From the NCBI GenBank assembly GCA_963662275.1, contig OY759316.1:608001-672000 (forward strand): a DNA stretch of 64,000 nucleotides, given 5' to 3'. The notes under the pieces are model-generated. The model made no database searches. It was not told where the DNA came from and saw nothing but the letters and a program-made list of their open reading frames with translations. A program made the position numbers and the translations under genes. Each line of letters starts with the position of its first letter. Within the stretch, counting starts at the first letter, position 1. Positions 20,735 through 30,254 of the stretch are shown here, piece by piece. The DNA comes from Candidatus Cloacimonadales bacterium. GTDB taxonomy: Bacteria; Cloacimonadota; Cloacimonadia; Cloacimonadales; DAONDQ01.

Positions 20735-21426
20735 GCAGTACCTGCTAAATGTTTACGGATAATGCAGATAGGGGTAAGTTCATCTCCTTGGCCTTGTGGA
20801 TTATCTTTCATCACTTTTTGCATGAATGCTTTATCAATTCCTTTGCTGCCACCTATCATCCAACATCCGCCAATGTCATTGATATCCATAATCGCAGTTT
20901 CATATCCTAAGGCGTCATAAATTGCCTGAGATTCCTTTTCCGGATGCAAAGGACCTTTAATTACACATTGATCATAAGGAGGAACAGGTGAAGTATGTGC
21001 TGCATCAATCAAGGCAGCCTGCATACCCGCGATAAGATAAAAGTCGCCTTTCCTGCCTATCAACTTACCTAAGGCACCTACAAGAGCAGCAAAAAGAATA
21101 CGCCAAGCTCCACACTCATCAATAGCGCATTGCATACTTTCAGGAGCTCTTAACCCGATGCCATAGGGTACTTTTGCTACAAAACGCCATAATATCCTGG
21201 CAAGGAGTCCTATTTTCAATTGCGAGACTGGAACAGCCCTGCCTTGTGTAATGGCAAGCGGACTTTCGCTAATGGAAATGATGTCTCCTTGTTGGAGAAC
21301 ATTTCCGGCTGATTCTAGGATAATATCTGTAAGTGAATCACCGGGCATGAGAATTCTGGTTTTTATCGGAATTCTTTCGTATTGGATGCTATCAATCTCA
21401 ATGATTGGTTGAAAGTTCTTTTTCAT
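20731..21426 (-). CDS. CofE-like (F420-0:gamma-glutamyl ligase family) protein
   Basis: PIKTRI...GD, GDIISISES-LAI-QGR, IMDIND-GG, DNPQGQGDELTPICI resemble CofE-family motifs. Confidence 0.7.
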   Translation of the reverse strand: MKKNFQPIIEIDSIQYERIPIKTRILMPGDSLTDIILESAGNVLQQGDIISISESPLAITQGRAVPVSQLKIGLLARILWRFVAKVPYGIGLRAPESMQCAIDECGAWRILFAALVGALGKLIGRKGDFYLIAGMQAALIDAAHTSPVPPYDQCVIKGPLHPEKESQAIYDALGYETAIMDINDIGGCWMIGGSKGIDKAFMQKVMKDNPQGQGDELTPICIIRKHLAGTA

Positions 21427-22189
21427 AACTCATCTCCCTATTACCTTTCAGGACGAATACCGTTTCGGCGTTTTCAATCAAGGCAAAAGGCTGAATTTCT
21501 GCCTTTAAAAAAAGATTATCCTGGGATTCTTTCAGCTTTATGATCTTCCCGATCGGATATCCTTTTGGAAATATCTGCGAAATATTGGATGTTACAAGAG
21601 TATCACCGATATTGATCTGTGAACCTAATTTTATCATACCCATATAAACTCGACCATAATAATCTGTTTCCAGAACTCCCTGCACATTAGATGTCTTATC
21701 CATGATTGCTAATTTGAACAGGCTATGTGATAATGGTAAAATGACTGCATAATTGCGAGTAACGGTAATCACTTTACCAACTACTCCCTCGGCTGAAATT
21801 ACCGGATCATTCTGATTTATCTTATCATGAAATCCTTTATTAATAATCAGATTACGTTCCCAGAAATTACCGCTATACCCAATGACTTCTGCAACAATAA
21901 AACTCTTCCCAGCCAGGTTACGAGGTATATTCATACTGTTTTGTATCGTGTACAAACGGTTCTCCAGATTGAGTATATAAAGCGTTTGCTGAGCTACCTT
22001 TTCACTTAATTTGAGGTTGTTTTCACTTAATGTCTTCGTATTTTGAATACTAGTCACACTTTTCATGAAAGGTGGAAATATATAGTTACCCAGCCATTGT
22101 GCTTTTTGTATTCGTGTTTGTGTTGTACCCAGTAATAAGAATAATGCCAGGATTAAATACAAAAGCGCAACGATACGTTCCTTGGTCAC
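21398..22189 (-). CDS. mreC: Rod shape-determining protein MreC
   Basis: N-terminal TM and coiled coil, LIINKG, GVVGKV, GDTLVTS...FPKGYPIG. Confidence 0.92.
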   Translation of the reverse strand: MTKERIVALLYLILALFLLLGTTQTRIQKAQWLGNYIFPPFMKSVTSIQNTKTLSENNLKLSEKVAQQTLYILNLENRLYTIQNSMNIPRNLAGKSFIVAEVIGYSGNFWERNLIINKGFHDKINQNDPVISAEGVVGKVITVTRNYAVILPLSHSLFKLAIMDKTSNVQGVLETDYYGRVYMGMIKLGSQINIGDTLVTSNISQIFPKGYPIGKIIKLKESQDNLFLKAEIQPFALIENAETVFVLKGNREMSYEKELSTNH

Positions 22190-22194
22190 GATAC

Positions 22195-23232
22195 TCAGTC
22201 TTCAATTTTTTTTATCAGAACTTCTCGATAGCTTTCAATGTCGTCAAGGATTCTACCGGCACCCTTGACAACAGCAGTCAAGGGGTCTGGTACGACATGA
22301 ACAGGTAAGTCGACAGTATTTCGAATTCGTTCATCCAGCCCTTTAAGTAGAGCACCACCACCAGTCAGGAAGATACCCCTTTCGGCAATATCAGCAGCTA
22401 ATTCGGGTGCCGTTCTTTCAAAGAGACGCTTGATCGCATCAATCATAGCAGTCACCGTCTCAGCCAGAGCTTCACGAATTTCTTCAGAACCCATTTTAAT
22501 TGTAACAGGATAACCAGTGATGATATCGCGTCCCCTGACTTCCATGTTAAGTTCCTGCTTTAAAGGATAGGCTGAACCGATCTTTAATTTGATCTTTTCT
22601 GCTGTTTGAATACCAACAAAGATATTGTTTTTCTTTCGCAGGTAATTCACAATATCCAAATCAAGCTTATCACCACCGATACGTATGGAATTATGAACGA
22701 CGATATGAGAAAGGGAAATAACAGCTATTTCACTAGTACCACCACCGATATCCATGATTAAGTTACCGTAAGGTTTGTCGATTGGGAGATCAGCACCTAT
22801 TGCAGCAGCAATTGGTTCCGAAACCAGAAACACTTCCCTGGCTCCAGCATGAAGAGCGCTGTCACGTACCGCTCGTTTTTCCACTTCCGTGATACCGGAG
22901 GGAACACAGACAATTACACGCGGACGAACTAAGAGTCTTTTTTTCTGAGCACGAAGAATCAGGTTTCTCAGCATGAGCTCAGTCACTTGGAAATCAGCTA
23001 TTACACCATCTTTTAATGGTTTAATTACACGTACTTCATCAGGATTTTTTCCGAGCATTTCTTTTGCTGGCATCCCAATGGCAATCATTTTTTTATTATC
23101 TGCTGACATAGCAACAACGGAAGGTTCATCAATCACAACACCGGAATTCTTTTTATATACGAGAGTGTTGGCAGTACCGAGATCAATAGCAATATCATTT
23201 GCCAAAACACCAAAGATTTTTAGAAAATTCAT
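22195..23232 (-). CDS. mreB: Actin-like MreB
   Basis: IAIDLGTANT, DGVIADF, VPSGITEVEKRAV, DIGGGTSE, TGGGALL. Confidence 0.97.
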   Translation of the reverse strand: MNFLKIFGVLANDIAIDLGTANTLVYKKNSGVVIDEPSVVAMSADNKKMIAIGMPAKEMLGKNPDEVRVIKPLKDGVIADFQVTELMLRNLILRAQKKRLLVRPRVIVCVPSGITEVEKRAVRDSALHAGAREVFLVSEPIAAAIGADLPIDKPYGNLIMDIGGGTSEIAVISLSHIVVHNSIRIGGDKLDLDIVNYLRKKNNIFVGIQTAEKIKLKIGSAYPLKQELNMEVRGRDIITGYPVTIKMGSEEIREALAETVTAMIDAIKRLFERTAPELAADIAERGIFLTGGGALLKGLDERIRNTVDLPVHVVPDPLTAVVKGAGRILDDIESYREVLIKKIED

Positions 23233-23389
23233 AGGGTCTCCATATGCTTAATCATTTTTCCACAAAGAGTTACAACGCAACTTAACGTTCCTGCTCTTTT
23301 ACGTAGATAATGCATTGTGTCAAGCAGAAATGTAATGTCTCAAGAATCCTAAAAGATTTGAGCAGTCATTTTACAATATGAATATTGTA

Positions 23390-23863
23390 TTATTCTTCAA
23401 CCAGACCATTCAATTCTGAAGGATCATACCAGCTAATCAATCCTTGGATACGTTCAATCTCAGTCTGAAGTATGATTTTGTGATCGTATTCTTCCTTCGC
23501 GAATTTCTCAAATAAAGTACGAATTTCCATATCGTTACAACTCAGAGCCAGATACATGAACCCATCATGAGCTAAATCTTCTCTGCTCAGTGCAAATTCC
23601 AGGATACTTTTCGGATCACTGATCAAGTCAGCAGGAATGTCACCAGGTACTTCATCCCTGATGATATTGAGAGCTTGACCGGGGAACTCTATCTTGTAGG
23701 CAATTATGAGCTTTTCCTCATGAATCTCTTCCAATGGGATAAGACTATGGAATGCCTTTTTTGCATTTTCCTCTTTAAAACTCTTCGCTAAGGCTTTATA
23801 TAATTCCTGTGATCTGATCTCATTCTGAATTGCTAAAATATAAGCTTCTTTACGAGAATTCAT
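23390..23863 (-). CDS. Rubrerythrin/ferritin-like protein
   Basis: Paired E...ExxH motifs (EEIH, EYDH). Confidence 0.75.
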   Translation of the reverse strand: MNSRKEAYILAIQNEIRSQELYKALAKSFKEENAKKAFHSLIPLEEIHEEKLIIAYKIEFPGQALNIIRDEVPGDIPADLISDPKSILEFALSREDLAHDGFMYLALSCNDMEIRTLFEKFAKEEYDHKIILQTEIERIQGLISWYDPSELNGLVEE

Positions 23864-23937
23864 AACATCAACCTCCTGTATTTGTTTTCTTTTGAAATTT
23901 CACTTTTAAGTATTCTGTGTCAATTAAAAAATATGAA

Positions 23938-25197
23938 TCAGTTCCTTATCGTTTCCATGGGATTTAATTTTGCAATCTTCCGAGAAGGATAGAATACACT
24001 GAACAGTGATATCAGGATACTAATAAGAGGTACTAGAATAAAATCCATTAATTTGATTTCGACTGGTAGATCTAAAAGCGGAAATGTACCCATGGGAATT
24101 TTGATCATGTGATAATGAGCTTGCAATTCTAGTAAGGATAAGGCAATGAATACACCGATGATAATACCAATTAAAGTTAGAAACATGCCCTGGAAAAGGA
24201 AGATATTACGGATGTTTAGATTATTCGTCCCCAATGCCTTAAGAATACCAATCTCTTTGCGTTTTAAGACCGTCAATTTGAGTAGATTCCCTGTCATGTT
24301 GAAGGATGTGATCAACAGCATTAAACTCAGGACTGAAATCATTACCATCTTTTCCATTTTCATGGCATTGAAGAGATTTGGGTCAAAATGGCTCCAATCT
24401 TCAACAACGTATTTCGGATATTTCTGCTGTAATTGCTGAGTGATGGTTTGAAGATGTCGTGAATCATATGTTCTGATTTCAATGTAGCTGACAGCGTGAG
24501 TATTTTGACTGAAAAACTGGCTATTCGCAAGGGAAATGTAACTGAAAAGACGATCATATTCCGGCATCCCTGAAACAAAAGTCCCAATGACGATTAAATT
24601 CTTATTTATCGGTAGCATTCCCAAGGGAGTAGGCGTTGTATGAACCGGTGAAACAACCTGGATAGTATCACCAACACTTGCCTGCAATTGTATCGCGAGA
24701 TCCATACCCAATATGATTCCATCTTCAGCGAAGAGTTTTTGGTCAGCATATCCGTTGACGATTCCTCTTAAAACTTGTTCTTTCCTTTTTTGTATATCAT
24801 CAGGAATAGGATCAAAGATATGAGTTACTTTTTTATGTCTCGGGAGATCTATTCCATAATTGACACTCCCGAGCATATTCTTTCCTTTTATAAGCATCAC
24901 TTCATTTTCAACAACAGGTGCAGCAGCGGTAATTAGAGGATCTTTTTCCAATTCAGTTAACAAAGGAACATAGTTTTCCAGTGGCTGATAGTTTTGTTGA
25001 TACAGTTTTACTTCTGCTTTGGTTCCGATAATCCGATCCATGATATCTCTGTCGAATCCATTCATGACAGAGGATACTACCAGCAGGGAGAAAATACTGA
25101 GAATGATTCCACCCAAGCTTAGCAGATTTGAACCTTGAATGAGGAATCTGTTTCTTCCTCGTAAATATCGAAACGCCAAGCGCAAGCTAAAATTCAT
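23938..25197 (-). CDS. LolC/E-family ABC transporter permease
   Basis: SSVMNGF, EIGILKALG, FtsX-type topology, YPSRKIAKLNP end. Confidence 0.88.
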   Translation of the reverse strand: MNFSLRLAFRYLRGRNRFLIQGSNLLSLGGIILSIFSLLVVSSVMNGFDRDIMDRIIGTKAEVKLYQQNYQPLENYVPLLTELEKDPLITAAAPVVENEVMLIKGKNMLGSVNYGIDLPRHKKVTHIFDPIPDDIQKRKEQVLRGIVNGYADQKLFAEDGIILGMDLAIQLQASVGDTIQVVSPVHTTPTPLGMLPINKNLIVIGTFVSGMPEYDRLFSYISLANSQFFSQNTHAVSYIEIRTYDSRHLQTITQQLQQKYPKYVVEDWSHFDPNLFNAMKMEKMVMISVLSLMLLITSFNMTGNLLKLTVLKRKEIGILKALGTNNLNIRNIFLFQGMFLTLIGIIIGVFIALSLLELQAHYHMIKIPMGTFPLLDLPVEIKLMDFILVPLISILISLFSVFYPSRKIAKLNPMETIRN

Positions 25198-26693
25198 TAT
25201 GTTCTTTTCATCTGGGGAAAAAATATCACTTCTTTAATAGAAGTATTATCTGTTAACAGCATGACTAACCGATCAATACCGATACCCATTCCTCCCATCG
25301 GAGGCATGCCATATTCGAGCGCTTCCAGGAAGTCTTCATCAACCAGGGTGGCTTCCAGATCACCTAACGCACGTAATGCTGCTTGTTTTTCCATACGTTC
25401 ACGCTGATCAAGAGGATCATTCAATTCTGTGAAAGCATTGGCAAACTCATTACCATTGATAAATAACTCAAACCGTTCAACCAGTTGTGGCTGTCCCGGT
25501 TTTGATTTAGCAAGAGGGGAGACCTCTTTAGGATAATCATAAACAAGTGTCGGCTGTATCAACTTTTCTTGAACGCAGATATCGAATATCTCAGCAATGA
25601 GACGTCCAGCCCCTGCATTCTTGGGAATCTCGATTTTCTTTGATTTACAAAATGCAGCAATTTTCACTTCATCGAAATCAGAAGCATCAAATCCTGTTGT
25701 TTCTTTGATCAAATCAAGCATTGTAGCACGTTTCCAGGGCTTGGAAACGGAAATGACCTGTCCCTGGAAAGGAACTTGATCCGTACCGTTTATAGCCATA
25801 GCACATTCATATACCATATTTTCTGTGATATCCATCATACCATTCAAATCAGTGTATGCCTGGTAAAGCTCGAGCAAAGTGAATTCTGGATTATGGGAAC
25901 GATCCATACCTTCATTACGGAAATTCTTACCGATTTCATACACTCTTTCGAATCCACCGACAATCAGTCTTTTTAAATACAATTCTGTGGCGATACGAAG
26001 GTATAAGTCCATATCCAATGTATTATGATGTGTAATGAACGGACGTGCATTAGCGCCACCATAAAGCGGTTGTAAAGTGGGTGTTTCCACTTCCAGGAAT
26101 CCCTGCCTATCAAGGAAACTACGGATCGTAGTAACTATCTTGGCTCGTTTTTCAAACACATGCTTATTATCAGGATTCAACAGCAGATCTAAATATCTCT
26201 TTCTGAAGCGGAGTTCTATATCTGTAAATTCATCATAACGAACAGTCTTACCTTCTTCAATTCTTTCTTTCACTGCTGGGAGCGGACGGATGTTTTTGCT
26301 TAGCATTGTAATATGTGAAGCTTTTACAGAAAATTCACCAGTCTGTGTTACTAAACAGGTACCATCGACTTGGATAAAGTCACCCGGATCACAGAGTTTG
26401 AATAATTCATAATTTACTTCGCCGAGTTCATCCTGTTTCACAAATATTTGTATTTTTCCACTGACATCCAGCAGATTTCCAAATCCTATTTTCCCCTGGC
26501 GCCGCATGGCAACTAACCGTCCGGCAATGGATACTGGCTGGTTACTTTCTAAGAATGTATCACGATTCTCGTGTAATTCTCCAATTTTATGTGTTCGAGT
26601 CGATGTAGTCGGATATGGTTCAATTCCCATTTCCCGTATCTTCGCCATCTTTTCCAGTCTAAGTTTAATAAATTGATTGTTGGCATCAAACAT
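25197..26693 (-). CDS. lysS: Lysine--tRNA ligase (class II)
   Basis: RYLDL, YLRIATELYLKRL, FRNEG, HNPEF, YGMPP-GG-GIGIDRL. Confidence 0.97.
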   Translation of the reverse strand: MFDANNQFIKLRLEKMAKIREMGIEPYPTTSTRTHKIGELHENRDTFLESNQPVSIAGRLVAMRRQGKIGFGNLLDVSGKIQIFVKQDELGEVNYELFKLCDPGDFIQVDGTCLVTQTGEFSVKASHITMLSKNIRPLPAVKERIEEGKTVRYDEFTDIELRFRKRYLDLLLNPDNKHVFEKRAKIVTTIRSFLDRQGFLEVETPTLQPLYGGANARPFITHHNTLDMDLYLRIATELYLKRLIVGGFERVYEIGKNFRNEGMDRSHNPEFTLLELYQAYTDLNGMMDITENMVYECAMAINGTDQVPFQGQVISVSKPWKRATMLDLIKETTGFDASDFDEVKIAAFCKSKKIEIPKNAGAGRLIAEIFDICVQEKLIQPTLVYDYPKEVSPLAKSKPGQPQLVERFELFINGNEFANAFTELNDPLDQRERMEKQAALRALGDLEATLVDEDFLEALEYGMPPMGGMGIGIDRLVMLLTDNTSIKEVIFFPQMKRT

Positions 26694-26761
26694 GTGAACT
26701 CCTAATAAAATATATACATAAGTCTAAATATGAAGAATAGGTTACGTGTCAAGCAGAAGGT

Positions 26762-26910
26762 TGTAGCTCCGCCTTTAGACGGTTGTAGCTTGTAGTTTGT
26801 AGGAGCGCTGATTCCTCATCGGCGGATAGGGCGAATTCCTTTCGCCCTAAAACTAGTCGTAAATCAGGTGATTTGTAGTGGTTCGCGTCAGCAGACCTGT
26901 CTGCCCTACA
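26762..26910. repeat. Cluster of assorted GTAG-type REP-like palindromes
   Basis: GTAGCTCCGCCTTTAGACGGTTGT (related to the 46253 family), TAGGGCGAA-TTCC-TTTCGCCCTA and others. Confidence 0.55.
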
Positions 26911-27009
26911 AAAATATCGCAGAAAAAAAACTTGACTAACTAACTTCACATATTTCAAGTTCAGTTGTAAGTAGAACAATAATAATAATCCAAATCATTA
27001 GGAGGAACT

Positions 27010-27459
27010 ATGAGAATTATCTTTTTCGTCTGCCTCTGTCTAGCTCCATTTCTGTTGTATTGTGAAGTCATGTATGTTCATCTCTCCAATGGAACAACTG
27101 CTGAATTCCAAGTTGAAGATATTCAGCAGATCAATTTTAATAATGTCTCCAACAATGATTGGGTAGCGTTCCTACCTAAAGTATCAATTAAATTTTTAAC
27201 GAATTATCCCAATCCCTTTAATCCCTCAACCATAATTAAGTTTGAGCTTTCTGAACCGTGTCAGACGGAAGTTTCGATCTTCAATATCAGAGGACAACTA
27301 GTAAAGGTTCTGGCTAAAGAATATATGACAAAAGGTGTTCAGGAATTGACCTGGAATGGGTTGAATGAAACAGGAAAAGCATGCGCCTCTGGACCTTATA
27401 TTTATAAGGTGAAATGCGATGACCAAATCAAAGTCAACAAAATGCTGATGTTAAAATAG
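27010..27459 (+). CDS. Small secreted protein with FlgD-Ig / T9SS-CTD-like domain
   Basis: Signal peptide; NYPNPFNPST-I-F-L...IFNIRGQLV...WNG...SGPY...KMLMLK. Confidence 0.85.
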   Translation: MRIIFFVCLCLAPFLLYCEVMYVHLSNGTTAEFQVEDIQQINFNNVSNNDWVAFLPKVSIKFLTNYPNPFNPSTIIKFELSEPCQTEVSIFNIRGQLVKVLAKEYMTKGVQELTWNGLNETGKACASGPYIYKVKCDDQIKVNKMLMLK

Positions 27460-27468
27460 GAGCATACG

Positions 27469-28401
27469 ATGTACAAAATATTACTTATTAGCAGCCTAAT
27501 ACTTTTTACTTCATTTCTTTTTGCACAGGCCCAGATGAACGTGCACACCACAACCGGGACCAGTACCTTTGATCTAAATGAAATCACGGGTATATCTTTC
27601 AGTCAGGGGACAACTCCTACCCAGATGATACTTGTCCCTGGCGGTACTTTTACAATGGGTGATACACATGGTGGCGGAGACGCAGACGAATTGCCTACGC
27701 ATAGCGTGACGTTATCATCGTTCATGATTGGCAAATATGAAGTGACTCAGGAAGAATGGTTGACCTTGATGGGTAGCAATCCTGCCAGTGGCTTTGGTTT
27801 AGGTCCTAACTATCCTGTGTACAACATATCCTGGTATGCTATCCTGAAGTACTGCAATCTGCGAAGTATTAATGAAGGTCTTACTCCGGTCTATACTATC
27901 AATAGCTCTACCAATCCTGTTTATTGGGGAGCAGTTCCGATAGCCGTCGATGCTATTTGGGATGCAGCAATTTGTAATTGGACAGCCAATGGCTACAGAT
28001 TACCAACTGAAGCCGAGTGGGAATTTGCCGCGCGGGGTGGAACATCCACTCCGGATTATTTATATAGCGGTGGCGAAGACGCAAATACCCTTTTATGGTA
28101 TCTGGATAATTGGGGAACAGCAAATAATTCAAGTCATACAGTTGGCGGACTTGCTCCCAATGCTCTTGGAATATATGACATGAGCGGCAATGTATGGGAA
28201 ATGTGTTGGGACTCGTATGGTGCTTATAGCTCAAGCCCGGAGACGAATCCTCATGGTGCTGCTAGCGGTACCGGTCATTTGAGACGTGGCGGTGGATGGG
28301 ATGGACTTGCACTCTACTGCAGGATTTCAAATAGGGGTTGGGGTGATCAATACTACACCTACTTCGAAGATGGATTCCGGCTCTGCAGGTCAGTCCAGTA
28401 G
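27469..28401 (+). CDS. Secreted FGE-sulfatase/SUMF1 (C-type lectin fold) protein
   Basis: GGTFTMG, GKYEVTQ, YRLPTEAEWEFAARGG, LGIYDMSGNVWE, GFRLCR. Confidence 0.92.
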   Translation: MYKILLISSLILFTSFLFAQAQMNVHTTTGTSTFDLNEITGISFSQGTTPTQMILVPGGTFTMGDTHGGGDADELPTHSVTLSSFMIGKYEVTQEEWLTLMGSNPASGFGLGPNYPVYNISWYAILKYCNLRSINEGLTPVYTINSSTNPVYWGAVPIAVDAIWDAAICNWTANGYRLPTEAEWEFAARGGTSTPDYLYSGGEDANTLLWYLDNWGTANNSSHTVGGLAPNALGIYDMSGNVWEMCWDSYGAYSSSPETNPHGAASGTGHLRRGGGWDGLALYCRISNRGWGDQYYTYFEDGFRLCRSVQ

Positions 28402-28429
28402 TTTTTAGTTTTATTACCTTTTATTTTCC

Positions 28430-28457
28430 AATCTGCCGAATTTCGATTCGGCAGATT
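28430..28457. repeat. 12-bp perfect hairpin downstream of the FGE gene
   Basis: AATCTGCCGAAT-TTCG-ATTCGGCAGATT. Confidence 0.7.
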
Positions 28458-28585
28458 GACCTTGCTGGATGCCAAATTCCGATTTGCAAATCTGACAGAC
28501 TTTGAGGAGATGGGGCATCCTGTGGAAAATCGGAACTCTCCACCCCCTGTCATTGTCGATAGTGAAAACCTGCTTTCAGTTAGGT

Positions 28586-28728
28586 TCAAAGCAGAATTAT
28601 ATTTTCCAGCTTATATTTATTATGAAATCTCTTCAAATCAGTGTTAGTCCATCTTGCAAATGCTTTCCAAATATTCTTCTGAAACTCACGGATGTCCTTT
28701 CCGACAGGTATGGAGATAATGCTGCATT
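28586..28728 (-). pseudogene. 3' remnant of a diverged mcrC allele
   Basis: Translates *CSIISIPVGKDIREFQKNIWKAFARW...; 24 of 26 codons encode the same residue as the intact mcrC C-terminus. Confidence 0.85.
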
Positions 28729-28791
28729 ATTTTTTAATCCTTGAAGGGATAAACATTATAGTTATTGCAATTACGCGTAACGCCTGACTTT

Positions 28792-29002
28792 CGGAACGCC
28801 TCACCCCGTGAGGTGGCAAAACGCACCCCGTGCGTTTCCAGTATTCAGTTTATCTCACAAGCAATTTATTCGCTTTCAATATATAATGTCAAATAGTTTT
28901 TCAGCTCATAAAGTCTTCATTTCTTTTATCATAAGCAGTTGTATACCCCAGTCTCGCAGCGCACGGGGTGCGCTGTGCCACCTCACGGGGTGAGGCGTTC
29001 CG
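28792..29002. repeat. REPIN/MITE-like long hairpin element, copy 1
   Basis: ~46-bp GC-rich inverted arms (CGGAACGCCTCACCCCGTGAGG...CCTCACGGGGTGAGGCGTTCCG) around an AT-rich core; three nt differences from copy 2. Confidence 0.9.
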
Positions 29003-30251
29003 GAACAATCCATCCTGCAAACGCATCCCATATATTCTTCTGAAACTCCCGGATATCCTTTCCAACAGGTATGGAAATTATGCTGCATTCTTTGTCAGAG
29101 GGATGATTCTCTCCAGGTTTATAATAATTACCTTTTCTTGGTGGATGTTCCCCCGGATATACCAAAGCCACTTTATCTGCCTGGCAATATTCATGATAAG
29201 CATACATCTGCCTCAAATCATCAGGAGATGGATTCCCTGTACCCAGGTTCTTCCATTTCGTATCCCAAACGAGTTTTTTGTTATCATTTTCAATGATGAT
29301 ATCTGGCTGAATACGAGACTTGTAACCATTCTCAGGTTTCCAGAAGTCCACTGGAATCTGTGCCTTGATATGATATCCTGCATAATTCTTCCTGATACTT
29401 TGTCTCAAACTGACATAAACAAATTGTTCCCACAGGGCATTCATATCGAACATCAACGCCAGGACATGATTTCTACCCGTGGAAATATCGGGGTGATATT
29501 GGAGCAAAATCAATCTTGCAATCTCTATAGCTTTTCTGTAGGGTTCAGTTTTTCGATTGTATGTGATGCTATCGAAGATAACTTCTGATACATTTATGTC
29601 GGGCATTTCAGGGAAATTCAATAACAAAGCCCCAATTCTGCTTTGAAGAATAGTACTTGTATTGATGTGTTTCAGCAAACGGATTGTCTTGTAGAGTATG
29701 AAATGCAATTTATGCTCAGCATCGAATGTCGAGTAGCTGATGTAGAACCGTTCCCGGTGAACGATGTTTTTCTGGATATGTTTACCGAATTTGATACAGC
29801 CTTTTAATGCAGTTGCATTGCCTTCAATTTTATGATACTTTTTAACCAGCCCTTTATGCAATAAGGATTCAACTTCTGCCAAGAATAACTCAAAGTACAG
29901 ATCGAGTATGGAATTTGATTTTAGCTGTAACGCACTGCTGCTGGGTGCTTTTACTTCGAATAAGCCAACCGTTTTCAACATCCCAATCAGCATGTTCCGC
30001 CAAGTTTCTTTCTCTTCCGCTTTTGTGCTTTTGTCTGATTTGGGTAATACTTCAATGACCGTATTTCCCACTTGTATCACACCCACGTATTCACAAAAAC
30101 GAATGCCGTTATGTATTAATGTGAAATACGGGACACCCTTCTCACCATAAACAGTTTGAAATGCCCTTAATTGCTCAAGAGAAAGATGTTGATTATCTGT
30201 TCCTAAATGAATACACTCATGTTCAAAAACAGCATAGGGAGACTTCAACAT
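28983..30251 (-). CDS. mcrC: McrC-family restriction nuclease subunit
   Basis: YVGVIQ...IEVLPK, FDMNALWEQFV, IQPDI, WDTKWK, DLRQMYAY; directly downstream of mcrB. Confidence 0.92.
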   Translation of the reverse strand: MLKSPYAVFEHECIHLGTDNQHLSLEQLRAFQTVYGEKGVPYFTLIHNGIRFCEYVGVIQVGNTVIEVLPKSDKSTKAEEKETWRNMLIGMLKTVGLFEVKAPSSSALQLKSNSILDLYFELFLAEVESLLHKGLVKKYHKIEGNATALKGCIKFGKHIQKNIVHRERFYISYSTFDAEHKLHFILYKTIRLLKHINTSTILQSRIGALLLNFPEMPDINVSEVIFDSITYNRKTEPYRKAIEIARLILLQYHPDISTGRNHVLALMFDMNALWEQFVYVSLRQSIRKNYAGYHIKAQIPVDFWKPENGYKSRIQPDIIIENDNKKLVWDTKWKNLGTGNPSPDDLRQMYAYHEYCQADKVALVYPGEHPPRKGNYYKPGENHPSDKECSIISIPVGKDIREFQKNIWDAFAGWIVPERLTP

Positions 30252-30254
30252 CTA

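Noticed and set aside
7351..28457. Complete DGR formed by the two FGE genes
   Set aside because: Their 3' ends differ at many non-adenine positions, so they are not a TR/VR pair; no RT or Avd present.
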